DNA of 61,275 nucleotides from Bacteroidota bacterium (lineage in GTDB: Bacteria; Bacteroidota; Bacteroidia; 2-12-FULL-35-15): NCBI GenBank assembly GCA_947447995.1, contig CANFLQ010000005.1:1-61275 (forward strand), in the 5' to 3' direction. Position 1 is the stretch's first letter, and each line of letters begins with the position of its first letter. A model generated the notes under the pieces. It did not search any database, was not told the DNA's origin, and was given only the letters and a program-made list of their open reading frames with translations. Below, in pieces: positions 54,178 to 61,275 of this stretch. The translations under genes and the position numbers were made by a program.

Positions 54178-55214
54178 TATTAAAAAACACCGTACTAGTT
54201 ACAGGAGGAGCTGGATACATTGGCTCTCACACCATTATTGAATTACTGGAAAATACCAATTTCAATATTATTTCCATTGATAATTATTCCAACTCTTCAG
54301 CTAAAACATTTGATAGAATTGAAAAAATAACCGGCAAAAAAGTACGCAATTACAATGTAGACATTTGTAATAAACAAGAGCTATCTAACATTTTTGAAAC
54401 AGAGAAAAATATTGTAGGAATTATTCATTTCGCAGCCTTTAAATCAGTACCCGAATCAGTATATAACCCCTATAAATACTACAACAACAACATAAATTCA
54501 TTATTAAATATACTGGAATGTTGTTTAAAATTTAATATCGATAATTTTATTTTTTCTTCTTCATGTTCTGTTTATGGCAATATCAACCAATTGCCTGTAA
54601 AGGAAAACACTCCGTTTAGTAATGCCGAATCGCCTTATGCTGCTACCAAACAAATGGGAGAAACAATACTTAAAGATTACAACAACGCATACCCTCAATT
54701 GCAAAGTATCGCCTTGCGTTATTTTAACCCTGTGGGTGCTCATATTTCAGGATTGATTGGTGAAGATCCAATCAACAAACCTACCAGCTTAGTTCCTGTT
54801 ATTACACAAACTGCTATTGGAAAAATAAAACAAATGACGGTACATGGCACCACTTACACTACAAGAGACGGCTCCTGTATTCGAGACTATATACACGTTA
54901 CCGACATTGCCATTGCACACACCAAGGCTTTGGAATACATCATTCATAAAAAACAAAAAAGCAATTATTCCATTTTTAATTTAGGAACAGGCAATGGTGT
55001 TAGTGTTTTGGAAGCCATTCATGCTTTTGAAAAGATCGGCAACAAAAAATTAAATTACACAATAGGTCCAAAAAGAGAAGGTGATGTTGAAGCCATTTAT
55101 TCCGACACAACGCTATCTGAAAAAGAATTGGGCTGGAAAACCAAATTCAATTTGAATCAAATGATGGAAAGTGCTTGGAAATGGGAGTTACAATTGGCTA
55201 AGGAGATGTGCTGA
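54171..55214 (+). CDS. galE: UDP-glucose 4-epimerase
   Basis: VTGGAGYIGSH, IHFAAFKSV.ES, FSSSCSVYG, YAATK, LRYFNPVGAH, IRDYIHV motifs. Confidence 0.95.
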   Translation: MNLLKNTVLVTGGAGYIGSHTIIELLENTNFNIISIDNYSNSSAKTFDRIEKITGKKVRNYNVDICNKQELSNIFETEKNIVGIIHFAAFKSVPESVYNPYKYYNNNINSLLNILECCLKFNIDNFIFSSSCSVYGNINQLPVKENTPFSNAESPYAATKQMGETILKDYNNAYPQLQSIALRYFNPVGAHISGLIGEDPINKPTSLVPVITQTAIGKIKQMTVHGTTYTTRDGSCIRDYIHVTDIAIAHTKALEYIIHKKQKSNYSIFNLGTGNGVSVLEAIHAFEKIGNKKLNYTIGPKREGDVEAIYSDTTLSEKELGWKTKFNLNQMMESAWKWELQLAKEMC

Positions 55215-55249
55215 TTTTTTGATGTGATGGTGTGCTGATTTTTTTGATT
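55204..55249. repeat. Family-2 array over the galE stop
   Basis: agatgtgctgattttttgatgtgatggtgtgctgatttttttgatt. The galE TGA lies inside the first unit. Confidence 0.8.
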
Positions 55250-55274
55250 ATCAATTGGATTTTATTGTAAAGCA

Positions 55275-55373
55275 TGCTTGCGTAATTCTGTGCCAATAAT
55301 TATCGGGATTGATTCAGAATCTGAGCGATGGCTTACCCGTAGATTCTGAATCAAGTTCAGGATGACGCAAGCA
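55275..55373. repeat. Palindromic MITE/REP-like element with a nested mini-palindrome
   Basis: Inner stem ttgattcagaatct / agattctgaatcaa (14 bp perfect), outer stem tgcttgcgt / acgcaagca (9 bp perfect). Confidence 0.8.
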
Positions 55374-55435
55374 CAAATTATCATTGCTAAAATCCTCCTT
55401 ATTTCTTAACTTTACATTAACTTAAACAATATAAT

Positions 55436-57652
55436 ATGCATGAACAACAAGTAATTGACGTTGAAGGTGAAAAAAAAGAAATACTAAAGCGTTATCGCTC
55501 ACTCCTCCACGCATGCCGAAGAACGCTTGAAAAAGGAGATAAGCTTCTTATCCGGAAAGCCTTTGACATTTCCTTGGAGGCGCATAAAAATATGCGCAGA
55601 AAATCGGGCGAACCATACATATATCATCCCATTGCTGTTGCCCAAATATGCGCCGAAGAAATTGGGTTAGGCACTACTTCCGTAGTTTGTGCCTTATTAC
55701 ATGATGTAGTAGAAGATACGGAACTTACTATTGAAGATATTCAACGTTTATTTGGTGAAAAGGAAGCCAAAATTATTGACGGGCTAACAAAAATATCAGG
55801 AGTATTTGACCAAAGTTCTTCCCTACAAGCAGAGAACTTCCGTAAGATGTTACTCACCTTATCTGACGATGTACGTGTTATCCTTATTAAACTTGCCGAC
55901 CGCACACACAACATGCGTACGCTGGATAGTATGAAGCGCGACAAACAATTAAAAATTGCTTCTGAAACACTATACTTATATGCTCCACTAGCCCACCGTT
56001 TGGGATTAAATGCCATTAAAACCGAATTAGAAGATTTAGGCTTAAAATATACCGAACCGGATAGCTACAACGAAATAGCGCAACGCTTAAAAGAAACGGA
56101 ACCCGAACGTAAAAAATTTATCTCCAAATTCATTGTTCCCATAAAGGAAATACTGGAAGAGGAAGGAATGAAATTTAAAATTATCGGTCGGCCGAAATCC
56201 ATTTCGTCTATCAATAACAAAATAAAAACCAAAGGAGTTACCTTCGATGAGATATTTGATTTGTTTGCCATTCGGATAATTATTGAATCGGAATCAGAAA
56301 GCGAAAAGTCGGACTGTTGGCGCGTTTACTCCATGGTAACTGATTTTTATCACCCCAACCCAGAGCGCTTACGCGATTGGATATCCAGCCCTAAAGCCAA
56401 TGGATATGAAAGTTTACATGCCACTGTAATGGGTCCCGAAGGTAAATGGGTGGAAGTGCAAATTAGGACGGTACGAATGGATGAATTAGCTGAAAAAGGC
56501 TATGCCGCCCACTGGAAATACAAAACAAGTGGTGCCGAAAACCAATTAGACGATTGGATTAGAAAAATTAGAGAAGTACTGGAAAGTCCGGAAGAAAATG
56601 CGATGGACTTTATTGATGATTTCAAACTCAACTTATTTGCTGAAGAAATTTTTGTATTCACACCTTCCGGCGAACTAAAAACCCTACCGGTTAACTCTAC
56701 TGCGCTAGATTTTGCATTCGACATTCACACACAAGTGGGGGAAAAATGTATTGGAGCTAAGATAAATCACAAACTAGTACCGCTAAGCTACAAACTCAAA
56801 AGCGGTGATCAGGTAGAAATCCTTACCTCAACCAAACAAACACCAAAGGAAGATTGGTTAAGTTTTGTAGTTTCAGCAAATGCTAAATCAAAGATAAAAA
56901 ATGCCCTCAAAGAAGAAAGACGTAAAGTTGCCGACGAAGGGAGGGAAATACTGGAAAGTAAATTCAATCATTTAAAAATAGACTTTACCGTTTCCAATAT
57001 TACCGATTTAGCAAACTTTTTTAAATTACCCAGTAATCAGGAGCTCTTTTACCGTATTGCAGTTGGCAATATCAACCTTAAACATTTAAAAGATTTTCAT
57101 CAGGAAAAAGGGAAAATTGCTCACAAATCAGGCATCATCAAAAAAGCAGAACCTGCTAAATCGCTAGAGCAAATGGTTACTGCAGCCCGCGGTAAATCTG
57201 ACATGTTGGTTATTGGCGAAAACCTTCAAAAATTTGATTATAAGCTTTCACCTTGCTGTAACCCCATTTCGGGAGATGATGTTTTTGGTTTTATAACCAT
57301 CAACGAAGGAATTAAAATACACCGCGTAAATTGTCCCAATGCAATTCAGTTATTATCCAACTACGCATATCGCGTGGTAAAAGCAAAATGGACTAGCCAA
57401 GAACTTATATCCTTCCTTGCTGGAATAAAAATTACTGGAATTGATGAAGTAGGGTTGGTAAACAACATCACCAAAATTATTTCTAACGAACTCAACGTAA
57501 ACATGCGCTCCATTAGTTTTGATAGCAATGATGGCACTTTTGAAGGAACAGTGATGGTATTTGTACATGATACCAACCACTTGACCGACCTCATGAAAAA
57601 ACTCAAAAAAGTACATGGGGTACTTTCGGTTACACGTATGGATGGAAATTAA
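55436..57652 (+). CDS. relA: Bifunctional (p)ppGpp synthetase/hydrolase (long RSH)
   Basis: RKSGEPYIYHP, HDVVEDT (HD), IKLADRTHNMRTL, DLFAIR, GYESLH, EVQIRT, TGS (DFAFDIHT) and ACT domains. Confidence 0.95.
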   Translation: MHEQQVIDVEGEKKEILKRYRSLLHACRRTLEKGDKLLIRKAFDISLEAHKNMRRKSGEPYIYHPIAVAQICAEEIGLGTTSVVCALLHDVVEDTELTIEDIQRLFGEKEAKIIDGLTKISGVFDQSSSLQAENFRKMLLTLSDDVRVILIKLADRTHNMRTLDSMKRDKQLKIASETLYLYAPLAHRLGLNAIKTELEDLGLKYTEPDSYNEIAQRLKETEPERKKFISKFIVPIKEILEEEGMKFKIIGRPKSISSINNKIKTKGVTFDEIFDLFAIRIIIESESESEKSDCWRVYSMVTDFYHPNPERLRDWISSPKANGYESLHATVMGPEGKWVEVQIRTVRMDELAEKGYAAHWKYKTSGAENQLDDWIRKIREVLESPEENAMDFIDDFKLNLFAEEIFVFTPSGELKTLPVNSTALDFAFDIHTQVGEKCIGAKINHKLVPLSYKLKSGDQVEILTSTKQTPKEDWLSFVVSANAKSKIKNALKEERRKVADEGREILESKFNHLKIDFTVSNITDLANFFKLPSNQELFYRIAVGNINLKHLKDFHQEKGKIAHKSGIIKKAEPAKSLEQMVTAARGKSDMLVIGENLQKFDYKLSPCCNPISGDDVFGFITINEGIKIHRVNCPNAIQLLSNYAYRVVKAKWTSQELISFLAGIKITGIDEVGLVNNITKIISNELNVNMRSISFDSNDGTFEGTVMVFVHDTNHLTDLMKKLKKVHGVLSVTRMDGN

Positions 57653-57684
57653 CTTTTAACTTTTAAACTTTAAACTTTAAACTA
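57651..57684. repeat. Family-1 array between relA and fur
   Basis: aacttttaacttttaaactttaaactttaaacta. Confidence 0.75.
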
Positions 57685-57722
57685 AATATTTTCTTACTTT
57701 TATACCTTAATTTTTACAGAAG

Positions 57723-58193
57723 ATGTTAGTGGTAGATACCAAAGAAACAGTTAAACAAATTTTTTCAGCGTTCCTTGCCAAACAGGGGCATCGTAAAACA
57801 CCAGAACGGTTTGCCATTTTAAATGAAATCTACTCGCAAGGTGGGCACTTTGATATTGAATCGCTTTACATTCAAATGAAGAACAAAAAGTACAGAGTTA
57901 GTCGGGCTACTCTATACAACACAATAGAATTACTACTATCCTGTAATCTAGTAACTAAACACCAGTTCGGTAAAAATTTAGCCCAGTTCGAAAAATCGCA
58001 TGAATTTAAACAACACGACCATTTGATTTGTCAGGACTGCGAAAAGGTATTTGAATTTTGTGATCCACGTATCCAGCAAATACAAAAAACAGCAGGCGAA
58101 ATGCTTGGATTTGAAATAGAACACCATTCACTTAATTTATTTGGGAAATGCAGCAAACTTGCCAAAAATGGAATTTGCGAACATAAAAAATAA
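57723..58193 (+). CDS. fur: Fur-family transcriptional regulator
   Basis: [41 protein letters not shown]...FGKC motifs. Confidence 0.92.
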   Translation: MLVVDTKETVKQIFSAFLAKQGHRKTPERFAILNEIYSQGGHFDIESLYIQMKNKKYRVSRATLYNTIELLLSCNLVTKHQFGKNLAQFEKSHEFKQHDHLICQDCEKVFEFCDPRIQQIQKTAGEMLGFEIEHHSLNLFGKCSKLAKNGICEHKK

Positions 58194-58269
58194 ATATTCA
58201 ACCTATTTTTAATTTATATTTACATTATCCTAGTTTTTGAGTTTTATTAATAATTTAATTTTTTGACAC

Positions 58270-58623
58270 ATGACATTTGAATACCAAACCAGTAAAAAAA
58301 ATAAAATCAATATCATTCAACTTTCAGGTGAATTAATTGATAGAAACCAAGCATCAACAATGCTTACAGAAATTGAAGATGCTATTACTGTCGGTGAAAC
58401 TAAATTTTTACTTAACCTTCAAGATTTGAAATATATTAATAGCAGCGGACTTAATGTACTTATCAATGTTTTAACAAAAGCTCGTAAAGCTGGCGGAGAT
58501 TTAGCTGTATGTAATGTAAACAGTAAAATATCCCAATTAATGACTATCACTAAGTTGGATACTATTTTCAATGTAAGTATCGACGAAACTAGTGCTTACA
58601 ACAAACTTATTAGTGCTAATTAA
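58270..58623 (+). CDS. STAS-domain protein (anti-anti-sigma factor-like)
   Basis: LNLQDLKYINSSGLNVLI (D..SSG phospho-Ser motif) and ITKLDTIF. Confidence 0.88.
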   Translation: MTFEYQTSKKNKINIIQLSGELIDRNQASTMLTEIEDAITVGETKFLLNLQDLKYINSSGLNVLINVLTKARKAGGDLAVCNVNSKISQLMTITKLDTIFNVSIDETSAYNKLISAN

Positions 58624-58654
58624 CACATAAAATTATACTAAAATAATAAATTAG

Positions 58655-58694
58655 AGTTTGAAAAAGTTGAATTAAACTTAAGCTTTTTCAAACT
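58655..58694. repeat. Perfect 12-bp inverted repeat (family-1-like arms, possibly a terminator)
   Basis: agtttgaaaaag (58655-58666) / ctttttcaaact (58683-58694). Confidence 0.65.
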
Positions 58695-58733
58695 TTCTCA
58701 GTTTTAATTTTTTCAAAAAAATAATTTTCCAAA

Positions 58734-60023
58734 ATGAAAGTAGATGTATTATTGGGTCTTCAGTGGGGAGACGAAGGTAAAGGAAAGATTGTTGATGTAT
58801 TAACTCCAAAATACGATATAATTGGTCGTTTTCAAGGAGGGCCAAACGCAGGACATACCTTAGAATTTAACGGAATTAAACACGTTTTGCATACAATACC
58901 TTCGGGTATATTTCATGATAATAAAATCAATGTTGTTGGTAATGGTGTGGTTATTGACCCTGTTATTTTCAAAAAAGAAATTGATGCGTTGATAAAATTA
59001 AATGTAGATGTAAAATCCAAACTTATTTTATCTAAAAGAGCGCATTTAATTTTGCCTACTCACCGTTTATTGGATGCCGCTTCAGAGGCAGCAAAAGGTT
59101 CCAATAAAATTGGCTCCACTCTAAAAGGGATTGGACCTACGTATATGGATAAAACTGGCCGTAATGGTCTTCGCGTAGGAGATATTGACAGTCCTAACTT
59201 TAAAGCCAAATACGATGCCTTAGTAGAAAAGCACAAACAATTATTAAATTTTTATAATTATCAATACAACCTTGAAGAACTAGAACCTGCGTTTTTTGAA
59301 GGTATTGAAGTATTAAAAAGCTTAAAACGTATTGAGAGTGAACATTACATCAACGACGCATTAAACAACAACAAAGCTATTTTAGCAGAAGGTGCTCAAG
59401 GTTCTTTATTGGACATAGATTTTGGTTCTTATCCTTTTGTTACTTCGTCCAATACTATTTGCGCAGGAGCTTGTACGGGATTAGGCATTGCACCTAATAA
59501 AATTGGCAATGTAATTGGTATTTTTAAAGCCTATTGCACACGTGTGGGTAGCGGCCCATTCCCTACCGAATTAAATGACGAAGTTGGTGAACAAATACGT
59601 AAATCGGGAAATGAATTTGGCTCAACAACTGGTCGCCCGCGCCGTACAGGATGGTTAGATCTTCCAGCTCTTAAATACGCTATTATGATTAACGGTGTTA
59701 CCGAATTAATGATGATGAAAGCAGATGTATTGAGTGATTTTAAAACTATTAAAATTTGTACACATTATAATTACCAAGGTAAAAAAATTGATTATTTGCC
59801 ATTCGATTATTCTCCCGAATTATTATCTCCGTTTTATACCGAAGTAAAAGGTTGGCACAAAGATCTTACTGAATTAAATAGTCCGGACCAAATGCCAAAG
59901 GAACTAAACGATTACATCGCTTTTATTGAAAAAGAAACTGGTGTACCCATTTCAATTGTATCCGTTGGGCCCGATCGTACTCAAACATTAATTCGTAAAG
60001 GCGTTAAAGCTGCTACTGTATAA
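58734..60023 (+). CDS. purA: Adenylosuccinate synthetase
   Basis: GLQWGDEGKGK, RFQGGPNAGHT, EGAQGSLLDIDFG.YPFVTSS, GSTTGRPRRTGWLD, VSVGPDR motifs. Confidence 0.97.
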   Translation: MKVDVLLGLQWGDEGKGKIVDVLTPKYDIIGRFQGGPNAGHTLEFNGIKHVLHTIPSGIFHDNKINVVGNGVVIDPVIFKKEIDALIKLNVDVKSKLILSKRAHLILPTHRLLDAASEAAKGSNKIGSTLKGIGPTYMDKTGRNGLRVGDIDSPNFKAKYDALVEKHKQLLNFYNYQYNLEELEPAFFEGIEVLKSLKRIESEHYINDALNNNKAILAEGAQGSLLDIDFGSYPFVTSSNTICAGACTGLGIAPNKIGNVIGIFKAYCTRVGSGPFPTELNDEVGEQIRKSGNEFGSTTGRPRRTGWLDLPALKYAIMINGVTELMMMKADVLSDFKTIKICTHYNYQGKKIDYLPFDYSPELLSPFYTEVKGWHKDLTELNSPDQMPKELNDYIAFIEKETGVPISIVSVGPDRTQTLIRKGVKAATV

Positions 60024-60025
60024 AA

Positions 60026-61275
60026 ATGATTATTCAACGCGTTATTGCGAACGAGGGACGAGTAAAGCAATCTATTTGCAATACTTTACAGATAGATTGC
60101 TTCTCACCTCATAATGACCACAGTGATAACCTTACTCATTCTAAATCCTTACCACGAAAAAGTTTAGGTAAATGCATTTTTCTTGTTTTATTTTTCACAC
60201 TGCCTCTCCTGTCCTATTCTCAAAAAAAACTAGAAATAATACACGCCGGCTCATTAAAATTTGATGAGAACCTGGGCAATGGAGCAAAACGCCTGATTGG
60301 TGACGTACAATTCAAACACGAAGATGTATTGATGTTTTGCGACAGCGCTTACTTTTATTCCGACAATTCCCTAGATGCTTTTGGGCATATACACATTGTG
60401 CAAAACGACAGTATTCATTTATATGGCGATTTTTTGAAATACAGCGGCAATACAAAAAAAGCTGTTATCTCAAAAAACGTAATTGTCAATAAAGGAGATA
60501 TGCAACTTACAACTGATGTGCTGAACTACGATATTGGCACAAGTGTTGGCTTTTATACCAATACTGCCCGAATTGTAAATAAAGAAAATGAATTGGTTAG
60601 CAAACAAGGTTATTTTTTTGCCAAAACAAATGAACTTAATTTTAAAAAAGATGTAGTACTCACTAATCAAAAAGCCGGACAAACAAAACCTCAGTTTGTT
60701 ATTAATTGCGACACCATGCGTTATAACACCTCCTCCAAAATCACCTCTTTTGCAGGACCAACCACCATTAAAAGCTATAAAAATTTAATTTATTGTGAAG
60801 ACGGCTGGTACGATACGAAAAAGGATTTGTCGCGTTTCAGTAAAAACGCATATATACTTACCGAAGAACAAAAAATGTTTGGCGATAGCCTTTATTACGA
60901 CCGCATTAATGGTATTGGCAAAGCCATCAAAAATGTTCAGATAATAGATACTACTCAACACCTTAATATTAAAGGCGACTATGCCATTCACTATGAATTA
61001 GAAAACTTATCAATTGTTACCGGACATACTTTGCTTACTCAAATTTCGGGACCCGATACCCTGTATTTACATGCTGATACACTGAAAGCTTTGGGAGACA
61101 ATAAACAGGAGGTAGAAGGCCGAAGACAGAAAACAGAAGTAGTTACGAGTTCGAAATCAAAAAATAAAAAGGAAGACGAAAAAAAAGAAATAAGAAAAAA
61201 AGGAAAAAGCAAAAAAGTAGAAGAACCGATTCAAAAACTCGAAGAAAAAAACAAGAACAATGAAATTAAGAATGA
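60026..61275 (+). CDS. OstA/LptA-like beta-jellyroll envelope protein, 3'-truncated and absent from the ORF track
   Basis: I translated the frame from ATG 60026 to the window end and found no stop. It reads signal-like KCIFLVLFFTLPLLSYSQ, then RLIGDVQFKHEDVLMFCDSAY, DSIHLYGDFLKY, FGDSLYYD, DTLYLHADTL. The start is uncertain. Confidence 0.85.
   Translation, partial: MIIQRVIANEGRVKQSICNTLQIDCFSPHNDHSDNLTHSKSLPRKSLGKCIFLVLFFTLPLLSYSQKKLEIIHAGSLKFDENLGNGAKRLIGDVQFKHEDVLMFCDSAYFYSDNSLDAFGHIHIVQNDSIHLYGDFLKYSGNTKKAVISKNVIVNKGDMQLTTDVLNYDIGTSVGFYTNTARIVNKENELVSKQGYFFAKTNELNFKKDVVLTNQKAGQTKPQFVINCDTMRYNTSSKITSFAGPTTIKSYKNLIYCEDGWYDTKKDLSRFSKNAYILTEEQKMFGDSLYYDRINGIGKAIKNVQIIDTTQHLNIKGDYAIHYELENLSIVTGHTLLTQISGPDTLYLHADTLKALGDNKQEVEGRRQKTEVVTSSKSKNKKEDEKKEIRKKGKSKKVEEPIQKLEEKNKNNEIKN
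60041..60118. repeat. 78-bp palindromic element (GTYATTGCGA...AAGCAATCT/AGATTGCTT...TAATGAC type)
   Basis: Inner perfect stem aagcaatctat (60065-60075) / atagattgctt (60092-60102). Outer imperfect stem 60041-60050 / 60109-60118. Confidence 0.8.

Noticed and set aside
60470-60991. Track ORFs 60470..60682 and 60785..60991 (minus strand) as genes
   Set aside because: They are antisense shadows of the plus-strand OstA-like reading frame that is open from 60026 to the window end.
1-61275. rRNA, tRNA, IS transposase, integrase or prophage genes
   Set aside because: Coding density leaves only short gaps, none with tRNA or rRNA features, and no ORF shows DDE, tyrosine or serine recombinase or phage motifs.

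Overview
This is a 61-kb chromosomal window from a low-GC Bacteroidota bacterium, judged from TAnnTTTG promoter motifs, A-rich leaders without Shine-Dalgarno, frequent TTG starts, a T9SS-type cargo protein and relA-fur-STAS-purA-OstA synteny. From left to right it holds: (1) the tail of a Wza/Wzc exopolysaccharide cluster (GT4, wza, wzc, rfbC, wecA-like); (2) housekeeping genes (lytic transglycosylase, bshA, GH3/serine-hydrolase fusion, MaoC, AEC transporter, aguB/aguA, hrpB, two DUF1573 genes, valS); (3) a solitary MmeI-like type IIL restriction-modification gene; (4) ydcF-like, an aminopeptidase, rdgB and a large PKD/T9SS protein; (5) a ~24-kb surface-glycan locus (wzm/wzt, FkbM methyltransferase, about ten glycosyltransferases, a GT-C-like membrane protein, hisH/hisF-like plus N-acetyl sugar amidotransferase, asnB, Wzy-like protein, galE); (6) relA/spoT, fur, STAS, purA and a partial OstA-like gene missing from the ORF track. 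I found no rRNA, tRNA, CRISPR array or transposase. The strongest unexplained signal is non-coding. At least a dozen gene junctions carry degenerate 7-12 bp tandem arrays from several sequence families. They are polarised relative to transcription, form inverted pairs, and often supply the start or stop codon of the adjacent gene. There are also palindromic MITE/RPE-like elements, one inserted in frame at the 5' end of the OstA-like gene. All calls are by-eye motif recognition and no database searches were run.
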